Origin: Lama glama
Lineage: Eukaryota
NCBI GenBank assembly: GCA_028534125.1
Contig: CM052817.1
Location: 29,080,001-29,144,000, forward strand
Direction: 5' to 3'
Length of the DNA: 64,000 nt
Shown here: positions 1 through 15,500 of the stretch, one piece after another
Layout: every line of letters starts with the position of its first letter
Numbering within the stretch: the stretch's first letter is position 1
Program-made: the position numbers and the translations under genes
Notes under the pieces: model-generated
Seen by the model: the letters and a program-made list of their open reading frames with translations, nothing else
The model's database searches: none
Told to the model about the DNA's origin: nothing

Positions 1-424
1 CTGGTGATTGAATGTGTGATGGGGCAAAAAACTTTCTTCTTCTCTCCCAGCTTTTCTGTAACTTTTGGTTGCAAGAGGTTTTGTTCAACCAGGAGCTCTA
101 ATGCTATTCAGCAGTTCCAGATTTCCTGTATTCTTCATTCATGAAAATACATTCAGTTCTTCATTGGCTTTCTAAGTGGTAGAAATATTATAAGGGACTT
201 TTATTTAGCTGTATGGTCACCTTTGACAGTGAATTAGTTGATGTCCTGCTGTAATCCAGTTGCTTGAAATATGAGTTTAGCCATATATTTCTTTATTGTC
301 AGAGGAATAATATAAATAATATAAATGCTATAAATGAAATTGTTCAAAGAACACTAAAAAAAATTCTTTGATTTAGTATACTTGTTTCATATTGTCTAAT
401 GTAATATTTCTCTCTCCTTTCTAG

Positions 425-536
425 GAAAAAATTGATATGTCTAGATTCCCTGTTGAAAATATTAGAAATTTCAGTATCATTGCACATGTGGACCATGGCA
501 AAAGTACTTTAGCTGACAGACTTCTGGAACTAACAG
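425..536 (+). CDS. GUF1: GUF1 exon 2 (112 nt)
   Basis: ctag|GAAAAA...ACAG|gtat; [37 protein letters not shown]. Confidence 0.96.
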
Positions 537-3500
537 GTATTTTCATTTTATATTATATACTTAATTAATGGCATTGGTGATAATTATTTTTTACCTCTTT
601 TAAAAAATTTTGCTTTTAATTTTATATACAGTATTGTCTTTTTAAAAGCTCAAAGAAATATCTGTAAACATTTCTATTATAGGGACAATTGATAAAACAA
701 AAAATAATAAACAAGTTCTTGATAAATTGCAAGTGGAACGGGAAAGAGGAATCACTGTTAAAGCACAGACAGCATCTCTCTTCTATAATTGGGAAGGAAA
801 GCAGTACCTTTTAAATCTCATCGATACACCGGTAAGTTTAATACTATTTTTGTCTCTTGTTAAAGTCAGCCTGGTATTAATAGTGCAAACAAATCCTTTG
901 TTGAGTTTTTTGAACTGAACATTAAACACCTAAATTTACTTTGTGTCTTCTCAGTCATCTTATGTTAGTGTAAATTGTTTCACAAGCACAGGCTAAAAGG
1001 AAAACTTACTAAATTTTTATTAAGTGGAGTCCATAGGTTTGCCATAATGTCCGTCTGTAAAAAACGTTTAAACTCTAACATTTAGCGGTATCAATATTTT
1101 TTGTTTCTCAGGGCCATGTTGATTTTAGTTATGAAGTATCCAGGTCACTCTCTGCTTGCCAGGGTGTTTTACTTGTGGTTGATGCAAATGAGGTAGGTAC
1201 TTTTATATGATGTGTCATGCTATTTAGTTGTTTCAAGGTTTTCCTTAAAATAGAATTTTGGAAATAGAATTTTTATGCTTGAAGAAGATAAGATTTATTT
1301 TATAACACAACCAAAATCATGTACTTTAGTACTGTTAATTTGAAGTTTTATTACACTAAAGTGATCTATGAAATTGACTGGTTCATCCTTTAAGGATTTC
1401 TAAGTTGATCTGAGGAATTGTTCGATAGGTTTTTGAAGTATGTCGTATTATACATACATCCTACCAAAAAACTCAATTTTAAGCAGATCTTAATCTGAGG
1501 TTTCAGTTTTTACCAGAACTTGAAAATAAATCTTTATTTTTGAGGTCATTCTGGGTGTTTTTAAGGTAATAATTTGGGAAGTTAGGTTTAAAGAAACATG
1601 TCAATAACACTACTAAGTTCTTTTATAATATCAACATAACCATAGAAACATACTCAGATGAGAATATAAGAGCTATCAGACACTATTTAAAGTGAACTTT
1701 TGGTATGTTTCGGTTTCTCACAAACTCTTCATTCAAAACCCAAAGTTTTTTTTTCTGTGTTAAACTTTCCCTGATCCTGTCAGTCTCGCCCTTAATAGGC
1801 TTTGAGGACCTTGAGGGTCCATGTTTCTCCACTCTTTTACCAGTGCGTAACACAGTGCCCTCCAAAAAATGTTTCCTGAACTAAAAGGAATTTTCACAGG
1901 GAATGATGCAGTTGCATGGTGGTATAGATACCATAGTTTGCCTTATACCTTTGCTCTTGATGAAGATGTGTGGAATGGTCTTGAATTACAACTTTTGTAA
2001 TAGATAGAAAGGTGATCATCTTGGTATCTTGGTCTTGATTATTTTTAGGGTATTCAAGCCCAAACAGTAGCAAACTTCTTTCTGGCCTTTGAAGCACAGC
2101 TGTCGGTAATTCCAGTTATAAACAAGGTAATTACAATGAGACAAGAGTGCTATTTATTATTTTACTTTCTAAAAGTAAATTTAGTGTTTAGTCGAATTTG
2201 AATTTTCAACTATTCATTAAAAGGAGTTGACATTTAAACATCATGAAGGGTTAAAGGCACCAACCCCCTGTGCAGTTGAAAACCAACATATAACTTTTGA
2301 CTCCCCACAAACTTTGCTACCAATGGCGTACTGTTAACTGAAGCCTTACCAATAATATAAAGTCTTTTAACACATACTTCGTATGTGTTACGTGTATTAT
2401 GTACTGTACTCTTACAATAAAGTAAGCTAGAGAGAAAAAGTAAAGAAAATCATAAAGAGAAAATAAGTTTACAGTATTGTATTTGATACTGTTTACATCA
2501 TCAATTGATTTATTTCTGAGTACCTACATCAGTATTGTGTGATGCAAAACACTGTAGATATTATAATGTATTATTGACATTAGACATCAAAAATTAAAAG
2601 ATAATGTGAAAAAGAAATCATGTTTATTTGCAGGTATAGTGATTCATGGATTGATAATGAAAAAGCAGCAATATAATTGCTTTATGCTTGTCTAGTGTAA
2701 GTGATGATTGTTTCCCAGTAGCCTAGCCTATTCAGTAATGAATGAATTGTTACCAATTTTTATGGCATATAGTATCACAGTCATATATTACAGTTTTAGA
2801 AACATTGTTATGTTTTTTAAAAAACCACTTACCTGTGATGATAGGCTTATACACAGTTTCTCCAATTATGAGAGAGAGGCATACTGTATAGTAATATAAT
2901 TTTTTGAAAGCAAAGTTATAAAACAGTAAGAAAACTAACATATTATTAATTTTATATTAAATATCACTTATCTTATGACTGTGTAGGAATAGGTTATTCT
3001 CCCACAATAAAAATCTTACACATGATGTACAGGTATATTTTTGTATATTTATGGAAAAAATCCATGTACAAGTGGACCTGCACAGTTGAAACCCTGTTAT
3101 TCAAGAGTTAACTGTAAATTGGTGGGATTTATTTCTTTGAATTGCATGAGATAAAATTGGCATGTCAAACTCCTGTACCTTGGCATGTAGTTGAGAAGAT
3201 GGTCTCCCTGAGTTACATGGAGTGATGGAGGGTTGTTTCTGTGGGAAAGAGACATGCAGGGCAGCCAAAATATTCTGTTAGACTAAACTATATAAAGGAA
3301 AAGAGAAAGAGCTTATGAACTAGGAGGAGACAGTGTAACACAGGAAACGTAAAGGTTAAGTGCTAAACTGAGCACTGTTGATAAAGTTTAATTCTTACAT
3401 TTTAAAGTTAATAAATTAAGAATTTTAGTTAAAAATCTACATTGCATTCAGTTTTATTTTTTGATACTGGAGTTTAAAAGAAGCAAGGTTGCTTATACGT

Positions 3501-6500
3501 AAGACAGTTTGTTGTTGGTGATGTCTAACTTACAAAATTCGTTTGCGTGGTGATGTTATTGAAATTTCCTGCCTTGAGTAGCTAACTGCCTAAATTTTTT
3601 TCTTATTTTGCTGTCTGCCCTCTATTTTCACTGGACATGCTTGTTAAAATTTTATTGCCTTTTTCTAGATTATTCTTATTTTAATACTTTTGAAAATAAA
3701 ATTGTAGAGGGGTCAGTTAGATTAAAAGTGGATATACTTCAGACTATCTCCAAATATTAGTATGTAATACAGTTAATTTCAATATATTATGACATAATGA
3801 ATTTTTTTTTCAAGATAGATCTGAAGAATGCTGATCCTGAAAGGGTTGAAAAACAAATTGAAAAGGTGTTTGATATTTCAAGTGATGAATGTATTAAGGT
3901 AAAATACCTTTTTTTTTTTTTTTTTGAAGACTTGGTTATACTTTCAAAAATGTCAGATAATTGGTCTAGGTAAAATTTCATAGTTTTTGATAGCCCATCA
4001 TTATAGTTTTCCAGAGTTCTTCTGCTGTTTCATTTGATCTTTGCCAAAAATTGTTATTACATGGTTAGGAATTACTTTTATGATACAGTTGAAAGAACTA
4101 AGGCTGAAAGATTTTATCATTTTCTTAAGATTGTAGATGTAGTTAACTAATGTGCCAGGACTAAAATGTGGGTCTCCTTCAACTCTTTGCCATATTATTT
4201 CTTGTATGCCATTTTACCTCTATGGAAATATTCTCTTTGAAGAGCAGGGTCAGACTAATTTCAAGGCATTTATACATACCATTCTTGGAAATAGATTTTA
4301 TTTATATCAAAGTTGATACTATTTTATATTTAAATTTTTAAATTTACCTTTCAAACGTTGGTTGTTTTGGGTATTAAATAGCCACGACCCAACTGTGCTT
4401 TGTGCTACATGCTCGTGTAGTAAGTTTGTCAGTGTAATACTACAGTGTTTAGTTTCCACCTTCAATTTTTGATTTTTGAAAAAGGTTGTTTTGGCTGATG
4501 AAGTATTTTTTGGTTGGTTAATCTTAAACACTTAGATGATTATATACAACTTTGTAATAACTGGAAAAGCAGTAACTTTTCTTTCTTGGATATATATATA
4601 TATAGAATTTAAGAGTTTTTTATTATGAGGAGGGACTTCATTATAAGGTAGTCCTGGAATTATGGTATCATGACTTGGATTACGTTATTTTAAACTACAA
4701 TTAATTATTCAGATATTAATGAATCTTTACCAAATTCATTCATCTACTGAGTGGTGTGTGCTAGCTAGGGGCACAGCAGTGAACAGTACAGGCAAGACCA
4801 CTGTCCTGTGTTTATATTCTACTGGGGAGGCATTCATTAAAGAAATAAATAAAGAAGTAAATATAGTAATTATTGAATGAGACAGGTGTTGCCAAGGAAA
4901 TTCATTCAACAGTGTATTGTTCCAGGTGGAATTACTGTACTTAATAGTGGAAAAATCTTTTTTCTCAAAAAGGTGCTATGATGCAGAGAAATTTAGGGAA
5001 TTCCTCTCTGACGAACTGAGACTTAAAGGAATGAAGAGTTAGGAGAAATGCATTCCTGGAAGTGGAAACATGGCATGTTTGGTATGTTTAAGGAAGAGAA
5101 AGGAATCAACTTAGATGAGATGGTTTTGTAGGGATAGGCAGGAGTCAAGTCATGCTAGACATGTGCTAAAGAGTTTGAAAATTATTTTAAGATAATGAAA
5201 GGATTTTAAAGCAAGAGAGGAAAATAAACTGATCATTCAGTTTGTCTTATAGAGAATGGATTAGAAAAGGGTAAGAGATGGGGAGAAACCAGCTTGCAGT
5301 GATCGCCCAGGTGCAAAATGGTGGTGGCTAAGTATGTGATGCTGATGTTGGAGAAGTTGGCAAATTTCATGTATGTTTTGTGGATACAATAGATTTTGCT
5401 GATATGTTACATGTAAGGAAACAACATAAAAGAATCATGGAGGCTTTAGGTTTGAGCACCAGCTTTGGGTTTGGGCACCTAGTTGAATACTGGTATTTAT
5501 TAATATGGCAAGGACTTGGGGAGGAACAGATAAAGTGGAAAAATGAAAAGCTCTGTTTTGGACATAGTGGGTTTTAAATGTCTGTTAAACATCCAAGTAG
5601 AGATATTGCATAAATCTACAATTCTGACATTTGGGGAGAGGGCTGGGTCAGAGATTTTTAGGAATCATTAGTATGTATGTGGTATTGAAGCCATGGGAAT
5701 GGTTGCCACTTCCTGAGGAGAAAGTGTAGCTAGAGAAGAGGTGCTGAAAGTCAGACTATATTATTGTCAATTTGCAGGGTATTACGAGTAAGAACTTGAG
5801 AAAGATTAGAGAGTGGGATTCAGAACAGAAGTATGCAAGGATTTCAGAGAAGTGGAAATACAGATTGTAACAGGAGAGAAGGTAGAGAGATTGTGGATAT
5901 GGGTGTAGATGGATTTGTATATTTGGGTAAAAGAGTTTTTGATATTTTCTGTTTCCTTAAATGAAATAAGAGGCAAAGTCATCAACTGAAAGTGAATCGA
6001 CGGGAGTGGAAAATGTGTGGATTGAAAAGGAAGGCGGTGTGAGTTATCTTAACAAGTGGTGATGTGAATTTAGTAAGGGGTGTGTCCTGGGACTGCCAGG
6101 AAATGTTAACTGCACATTGAAATTCATGAATTCACAAACCAACCAGATCAGTTACTTTTCTCTAGTAATGTTAAGTTGCTCTGATTATAAGCATAGAAAA
6201 GACACACAGTTGGATAGAGTCAGTGTAGGTTTTACCAACTACTTAGGATGGAGAATAGAAAGTGGTTGAACAGAGTGATTATTAGTGAACTGTGGAGTCT
6301 CAGCCGGGAAAGGAAGCAGGGGGGCCAATGGATAATGAAAAAAAAAAAAAAGTAGTCCATTCAGTGGATTAGAGGTTGTGATCTGAAAGGATTGTTACAA
6401 AGAATGGACTAGAGTCTAAAGCAGTGATTGTCATGAGGAGGCAGTTGTGTCCCTCCAGGAAATACTTGGCAATGTCTGGAGACCTTTTTTGTTGTTACAC

Positions 6501-9500
6501 TGGGGGACGGGTGCTACTGCCATCTTGTGGGTAAAGATTCCATGGATGCTGTTAAGCTTCTTGTAATGCACAGAAGAGCTTCCAAAACAGAATTATCTAG
6601 CCCGAAGTATCCTTAGTGCTGAGGTGTGAGGCTGATCTAGAAGGAGTTTAGAGGGTAAGAGAAACTCGATTTAGCAAATTGAGTTTGAAATCAGGATTTC
6701 AGATAGTCCAATTACTGGTAATGACAAAGGTCAGACACACATGTGTGTGTGTCTTTTGGCCTGCTTTTTCTGTATGAGAGCAGTAGTCATAATATGCCCT
6801 ATTTGCCATGCATGTATATTTTTATCCATGCAACAACCTTGAGATTCAGGTAAAATGTGAAAAATCATTTTATTTATCAGATGAACTTGAAACTTTATGT
6901 TATGTATTGGTCAAAGTCATATGTTACATGTAGAGTTATGATTATAACCCAGATTTTTGTGAACTCTTGGTCCTTTGCTCTTTCAATATCATAATCAGAA
7001 TGCTCTTATGATTTAATCCAAGAACTAGAGAATCATCTAACTAGTGGAAGAGCATTTTGTCAATCTATTACATGCTTTGTGCTTCCTTTTACTGTGTTCT
7101 CCAAGCAAATCAATAACTTTTAGAATTCTTTCTTTTTTTCTGATCGTAAAGCTCAGTTACCAGGATAAAAAAGTAGTCTTAACTTTAAATGTTTATTGTT
7201 TTCATGTACATATTTTTAGATTTCTGCTAAACTTGGAACAAATGTTGAAAGTGTTCTTCAGGCAGTCATCAAACGAATACCCTCGTAAGAATTTTGCTCT
7301 TTTTATACTATTCATTTATCTTTAATAGTACAAAGTCCATTAATTTTATCTGTTATTTTAGCTTAGTAGCTATGGCAGATATACTCTTTGTGGTCAGTGA
7401 GAATTTTTAATTTTTTTTATTTTTAGTAATACATAGAAGGCAAATACAGTACAGAAAAATCAAAAAACAAGGAGGATAGGGATTTCTTAACAGTTGTATT
7501 AATAGACTTGAAGACTTTGGTAATTACTGTTTTTTGCTTTAATATTGAACATAAATATTTCATCAATTTCATAAGTAATTTTAAAACACTCATTTAAAAT
7601 GTATTTAAAACGTGAGTTTGAATTAAAGCTACTATAAATATAGGCATTGTATCTTATTTTATAGAAGGGTCTTTATTTTGATCGTCAGTTATTAACTTTT
7701 CTCAAATACTAAAATAAATTAAGCATAAAATTTGACTTCAAAATAGGCATTTTATTAAGATTTTAATTTATTATGTGTATTTTTTTTTACTTACTTTTTG
7801 ATAGTCCTAAAGCATATCGAAAAAATCCCCTGAGAGCTTTGGTATTTGACTCCACCTTTGATCAGTATAGAGGTGTGATAGCTAATGTGGCATTATTTGA
7901 TGGAGCGGTTTCCAAAGGAGATAAAATTGTATCTGCACATACTCAAAAGACATACGAAGTTAATGAAGTAGGAGTTCTGAATCCTAATGAGCAGCCAACT
8001 CATAAACTGTAAGTAATCTGCATTAGTAATTAAAAGACACCTGCACATGTTTCTGTTTCTGCTTTTCTCAACTTGGTATGCTTAGCATGCTCCCAGTTTG
8101 ATAACTTAGAAAAAAAAGCAAAGCCTGATTATTTAATGCATTACATGGTGAACGCTATTTCAAAAGGAATCTCATGTGTGAGGGGGAGTAGGAATTTGAT
8201 ATATATATTTTTTATTTCTTTGACTAGCTATAACTGATTTTTTTGATCTGGTGCAGATTGGGTCCTACATGATGGATTTGATGAGACAGTGAAAGAGGTA
8301 GTTCTCTCATCTATATCCATATCCACACTGGGTATCACTTTTTGGCATTTAATTTTTTTTATAATTAGATTTTTCAGCATAAACGTAGTGAAGAAAACTT
8401 GATAACGATTTAGTGTGGAATTCATGGTAAAACTTTGATTAGAGTTCATGGCATGTGGAGTTAAGTAAGGTTAGTGTACATTACAAAAGTTGAGTTCTGA
8501 GCTCATTTATAAAACAAATATTTATTGAGTGTTTATTCCATCGGTACTCCAGGTACTGATGAGATAGGTTTCTCTGGGCACATAGTCCTCTGAGGTCTTT
8601 GTTTCCTATTTGTAAAATTTTAGATATTAAACCAGGTGACTATATAAGGTCACAGTTGATGGTTTAATGTTGTATGTCTAAAACTAGCACTATTTTGTCA
8701 TTTTATATTTAGTTGAAAATCATAAAGTATCTTTTAATTTTACTCAGATATTTCTAAATCCTGTCCATATTCTTATTTATTTACTTACTGAAGTATAGTT
8801 GATTTCTAGTATTATGTTAGTTTTAGGTTTACAGCATTGTAATTCAGTATTTTTACAGACTATATGCCATTAAAAGTTACTACAGGACAATAGCTATAAT
8901 TCTCTGCTTTAGAAAGTCTGTCTATATTCTGTGACATATATATTGACCATTAGTGCATCTTCAAGGAAATTTGCTTTGGGAAAAAAAAACAAAAACAAAA
9001 AAACTAAGATAAAACTCTGAAACCTTGGGATTTACACTCTCTGCAAGAGGCAAATCAGAGAAGAATCAGATCCGTTGAGAGTTGACATTTTTCTGCTTGA
9101 TTAAAAGAAAATAGATACATATTTTTTTCTTTTAAAGAACATTTGTAATACAATTCACTGATAAAATAGACATTTCAAAAAGTGGTTTTTGTTTCTGCGC
9201 TTCTCAGTTTCACTGTGTTTACATTGTATTTTAGAAGCTGTTGTTTAATATGCAAAGGGGGCAGAGTCATGAAGAAGGCCCTAGGCTTGTGTTGCAGAGG
9301 TCCTTGGTAATGGATTGTAAGGCATGGTATGTTCTTTTGCTGACAATCCTTACAGTTGAGAGTTGATATGTAACACTTATTTCCAGTTTGATGAGGTTTT
9401 GTTTGGAAAGGGTGATCATTTCTTGGAAAGGCAGAGCTGATTGTGAGGATGCACTTGAAACATTGAAACAGTAAATATTTCTACATAATAATTTTATTTA

Positions 9501-12500
9501 GATATGCAGGCCAGGTGGGCTATCTGATTGCTGGGATGAAAGATGTCTCTGAAGCACAAATAGGAGATACATTATATTTACATAAACAACCAGTGGAACC
9601 CATGCCTGGGTTTAAATCAGCGAAGCCAATGGTATTTGCAGGTGAGGAGCTCACTTATTCAAAGGATAAGGGCCAATTTACTCTGTAAATTGAAATAAAA
9701 ATTATTAGAAATACTCCTTTTGAAAAACAGCTAATTCCAGGATAATCTGCTTCTCTTAATTGGCTTTTTTTGTGGGTGTGCTATTTACATATCAGTTAAT
9801 TTCATATGTGTAGTGAAACTTTATGTGGGAGATCATTTCCTAAATTTTTTTAGGACTTCTTAAGAAATAAGCTCTTGAGAAAAAAGCTCTCATATATGGA
9901 AGAGCATAGTAATATGAATTTCCTTCTTGTTTCACTAAAGAGTGGGTTATTATATTTGAAACACTTTTCTAATTAGGATGTTTTTATTACTAATCATCAG
10001 TGACATTTCCTGAGTGCCTTCCCCTTAGCTGGCCTTTCTTTACTGCTGTATTGTGCTAGTGCAGGCAAGGCAGGGAATAGTGTCACCTCACAGATGTATA
10101 ACTTCAGAACCTTTTACTTCTGTGTGGTATTACAGACATTTGAAAAAGGAGGACCTGATTGAAGGTCATGAAGTTACTCTGTGCTGGGTATCCAAATCCT
10201 TATTTTCTCCCTTTAGTGTCTCTCACTGGGAATTATGAATTTTGTTTACTATGCTGCCCTCCCTCGTTCCCTCCTCTCCTATTTAGGCAAAGTCAGTCAT
10301 TTGGATTTTGGAGGAGTTAAGAGGTGAGGACTTGGATATGCGATGATAGAGAATCTGATGAGTCATTAGTTTTTGTTTTCGTTTCTACTTCTATTTTTTT
10401 TATCTGCTGATGGAGTGGTTGTGGGATGTCTTGCACTTTTGTTTCTTGAAATAAACACAATATATTTTTCTGGTAGGCCTAAATCCTGTAGTTCTTTTTT
10501 GTTTTTCCTATATTTTTTGCAAAAGGAAAAGCACTGCTTTGAGTGTGAATCTGGTGGTAAATTCATAAAGCTATGAAACTTGCAAGATACTTTGAAGCCA
10601 ATGTAACTTAATATTCATGGTTTTCTTCGTAAACCAATATCTTGATCAGTGAAAGATGGGAAAGTAATTTAAAAGTTAAATGATTATTTTTGAACTTGGC
10701 AGCAGTTTGCATTAAATTTTCTGTGCCGCTTTTTACATGTAATAATTAGAAACATTGTGTCCCTAGGGATGTACCCTGTAGACCAGTCTGAATATAATAA
10801 CCTGAAGAGTGCTGTAGAAAAGCTGACTCTGAATGATTCCAGTGTGACAGTTCATCGGGATAATAGCCTTGCCCTAGGTGCTGGCTGGAGGTAAGGTTCA
10901 GTTACGTTGTAGAGTTCCATCTTTATTGAAAAGTAAAGTTTAAATGGTTTATTACTCTTGAACATTTCTGAAGATAAGTTCATATTAGTGTACAGTGAAC
11001 TGAAACAGTGTCTACCTGTTTCTTGCTGTGGATTCTCTCTATATTCTCTGGGTAAGTTTTATAGCATTTTAAACAGAACCCCAGTGGAAGATCTGAACGT
11101 TACTTAGTGAAATTATGCTGGCATTTAATTATGATGTCAACTGATGGAATGACTCTTGATTCCACCCCTCTCCCACAAAATAACAATGTATTCATCAAAG
11201 AAAATAGAGCCCATGGGACATAAACATTTTGGAGTTTGGCTTTTTCTCCCCACAGATTAGGATTTCTTGGACTTTTGCATATGGAAGTTTTCAACCAGCG
11301 ACTAGAGCAAGAACATAATGCTTCTGTTATTTTGACAACTCCTACTGTTCCATATAAAGCTGTTCTTTCATCAACAAAATTGATAAAGGTACTCTTCTGA
11401 GCCAGCATACAAAGGAAAATTAAATAGTGTGTGTGTCTTTATGTGTATGCAGAATGCAAAAGTAACTTTTTAGAACCGCAGTAGCTGACTGTTAAAACAA
11501 CTGTACACTGTACTTCAGTTTTTTAAAAAAACTAAACATTTGTTGATTAGTAGTAATAAAAATTGAATCACCTAATGACTAATGATGGAAAAGTTACTTG
11601 AGAACTAATTTGTGCAGTATTTATATGAACCTGGTAAAATCTCCACATTATCAATACTAGTCTGTTACTAAGGGTGAAAAGTAGAATTAGTAATGAAAAT
11701 ACTGTTCTAAATTCAGCGGAAAGATGAATATAATTTTGGTCATAAGTAATTTATCTTATGAAAAATGATGCATTCATTCCTACATGACTAGGAAATTTTA
11801 GATTTCAAGTTAATGATAGAGACAATATTGTATTCCATCTAAGTGGCAATCTGTTCATTTTAAACAAATACTAACTTTGGCAACTAAGTATTTTCCAACA
11901 AAATTAACTTACAGTGCCTTATAAAGGGCAGATTAAAATGTATTCTTACATCATTTTTTTCCTAAATGGTACATGAAATGTGTTTGGTAAATGTCAGTAA
12001 TGTGGATACATTAAGAATTGTTATTAAATGATCACAAATCAATGATTTTTCTTATTTTTAGGAATATAGAGAAAAGGAAATTACAATCATCAATCCTGCA
12101 CAATTCCCTGATAAATCAAAAGTGGTAGAATATTTGGAGCCAGTTGTTTTGGGCACAATTATCACACCAGATGAATATACTGGAAAAATAATGATGCTTT
12201 GCCAGGTAATAAATGTAATAAAGTTTAATACAAAAGTAAATTTTAGTCTTTTCTAAAGAGGGGACTCTGTTCAGGTTTTGAAAGGTTTCTCTCTGTAGAG
12301 CACATTGAATTTAATAAAAGAATATTCATAAAGATCTACCTCTTCATATATTTTATGTATCTATACATGTAGATATAGATACATATACTTAAATTATTTT
12401 GATTTTTAAAGAAGAAAATAGAACCAAATTTTCGATCACTGTACTACTAGTTTACTGAATTGATATTTTAGCCTTAAAGGGAAGAAATTTGATGCCTTTT

Positions 12501-15500
12501 TATCCTGAGTAGCTAAAAACATAATTTCCTTTAGCCTTTTTGAGTATTTGAAATTGAATATCGTTTGAAAGATAATTATAGTATTTCAGAGACGTTTGGA
12601 AAGTATTCCCCATTTTCCTTTAGTTCTTGCCACAGTGTAATAAATGACTTAATCTGTAAGTTTGATATAACGTAGTCCTCAAAAATTACCTATTTGAAAT
12701 ATTCTGACATATATTGGAAAGTACTTTCAAATGATGACTAATGGACTTGAATTTTAGTTCTGTTCTCACATACAAAAAAGTTAACTTTGATCACTCAATT
12801 TCTCTGAATGCTAAACTTCTATTTGTAAAATAAGAAATTAGAACTTCGATTTTATGTGTAGCTGTTTTGATTTATTATTAAATGAAACTGTATAATTAAG
12901 AAAGATAAAATTGTTAGATAAAGACAAAGGATTAAAAGTTCTGTTAGCAAGTATATTGTAATTCAAATACAAAATGGTTTTCCCTGTATTATAAATATTG
13001 ATCAGATATTTTTACTAGACCATTAAAGACATATTCCTTCACTTTGCCCATTCTTTATTAGAATTTGTAAGGAAATCTTAAGTTGATAATTGACATCTGT
13101 CTGTGTTCATCAAATAAATCATTATTGGCATAAGTTATCATTAAATACATTTTTTCTTCCCTTTTTAGGCTCGAAGAGCAGTTCAGAAGAATATGATGTT
13201 TATTGATCAAAATAGAGTTATGCTTAAGTATCTCTTCCCTTTGAATGAAATTGTGGTGGATTTTTATGATTCTTTGAAATCCTTGTCTTCTGGATATGCT
13301 AGGTAAAAATTTAATGGGAAACTCAGATACCTGGGTAGTCTTTTGAAATATTGACCAGCAAGAGTATGCTAATAATTCCACTTACTTGATAATGTAAACT
13401 TTCTTGAAGATGGTTGAGAATCATACTCAAAGCTTGGAGCAACTTTATAGGTGTTACAGAGTACTTGTAATTTGCTTAATGGAAGAAAGAATTCCTTTGA
13501 GTCATCAAACTATTACCCTTTTCTTAATGAAAAAAATTTTAGTGCCCTCTTCATGAAATATGTATGTTGATTAAAAAGTATACATAATTTCAAAAGGCTA
13601 CTGTGACCTCAGGGGCACTTTTAAAATGTATTTGTATGTTATAATCCTAGGAGCCATTTGTGTATATTCAGACATTTAGAAAATAGAAGTATATATTTTG
13701 TTTGTAAAAAATGCTAGGTGTGCCCCTGTATTTGTGAACACTGCAGTAACTTGACCTTCCCAGGAATAAATGGTCTACATTAAGAAAACGATTGTCTTAC
13801 CCCATAGGAGTACATGGAGGAGGAGCCTGATAAAAGTGAAGGAAGAGTTAATATTAAATAACAAAGAACTCAGTGCATAGCATTTTGGGAGTATTTTTTG
13901 TTGGGGCAGATAACTCTAGTTGCCATAAGTATCCTAAAATCTTACATTACTGGATAGCATATACTAGTGTCTAAAGGAAATATAATGGGAAAGTAGAGGG
14001 AAAAGTTAATGTTCACATCTGTAAAACACGCATACATGGGCAGGCATATTTGAAATTAGCATTGAAAGGATAATTCCAGTGCTAGACGGCCATACTGCAG
14101 TGACCTGAAAGTTTACTTTATGAAATGAGCTTCTAGGTGAAGAGAGTCAGCATAACTCAGGATAGAAAGGAATCTTCTTTATGTTCTTTTGTGCTGAGAA
14201 TTTTTTTTTTTCTACTTTGTCACCCAGTTATTTTTCTTATTTCCTTCAGACGAGATCTTGAGGAAATAAGTAGCAATATAATTTAAAATAAAATGAATTG
14301 AGGCAGCATGTTGTTAAACAGTTACTATTATGATTACTAAGTGTTGATAACATTTTTAACAAAAGTTTGTGCATTCTAGTTTGCATTTGAATACCACTTT
14401 CTGGGTGAAGTGTTCTTAAAATCTTTTAGCTTAGAAACTTAAATGTATTTTGCATTAAGTGAGAGAACATGGTTTATTATGAACTGTGTAAAAGTAAAAT
14501 AATTCCAGCTTCCAAAGTTAAGGTAATTCTTATGTTTTAAGGATGCACATGGATATTTTTTCATATTTTTAAAAATTGAAATTCTAAAATTTTTTGAGCA
14601 CAGAACAAGGTGAACATCTGACTGTAAACAAAGTGAACGTCTAAGGACTATGTCTGTTTTCTATCTCTCTGTATTCTGTATAGTCCTTAACATGGTACTT
14701 TTCATGTAGTACATGCTTAATGGTATTTGTTGGAAAAAAGAAAGGATTTTTGGCGATGCTTCAGGCAGTAATCTGGTTTTAGAGAGTATTGGGGTCACCT
14801 TGTGACCTTCCTGCTGAAAACCTTTAGAAGCCAAACATTTGCAACTCTAGTCACCAGTTTGTTTTAAAATTAAGGCAGTAAGAATACACATGTTCTTGTT
14901 CACAGTTGCAAAGACATGTAAGCATAATTTAAATTTTTCTTATCAGACTTCAGTTTTGAGTTAAACTTGTTTGTTTTAATTAGCATGGTAAGCTTTGACC
15001 ATATTGTTAATAATAATAGCTGAAACTTACTAAGTACTTAAATGTGCTAAGCTCTGTTCTTAGCACTTTTTATGTACTAGACACTGTTCAAGTTTTTACA
15101 TGTATGAACTCATTTCATTCTGAAAAAGCCCTGTGAAGATTCATACTGAAGAGCCATATATGAAATTCAGAATTCTCATTTATGAACGACTCTTTATCAG
15201 TGCCATAGTATTTATCTACCTGGTAATAGAAAACTAAACAGAAACCCAACTCTTGAGTCTGAGAATGATCCACTAATATATTGTTTTCTACAGCCAGCCA
15301 GCTGCTAGGAGGGAACATTGAGAAGGTGACATTTGCTTTCAATGATCCATTTTCCTAGCCTGGCTTAATTTCTTTCCTTCCCATAGTGCAGCATGTTCTC
15401 CTTGATTTTGTATCTCATTTCATAAATGTAAAAAAGTGAGTAAGTTTATTCTTTGCTGTGGTCATTTAGATCCAGTCATCTGAAATGTACATGTAGTACT

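Noticed and set aside
12354..12385. 12-bp perfect hairpin (TATGTATCTATA...TATAGATACATA)
   Set aside because: AT/CA low-complexity sequence; too short for a pre-miRNA
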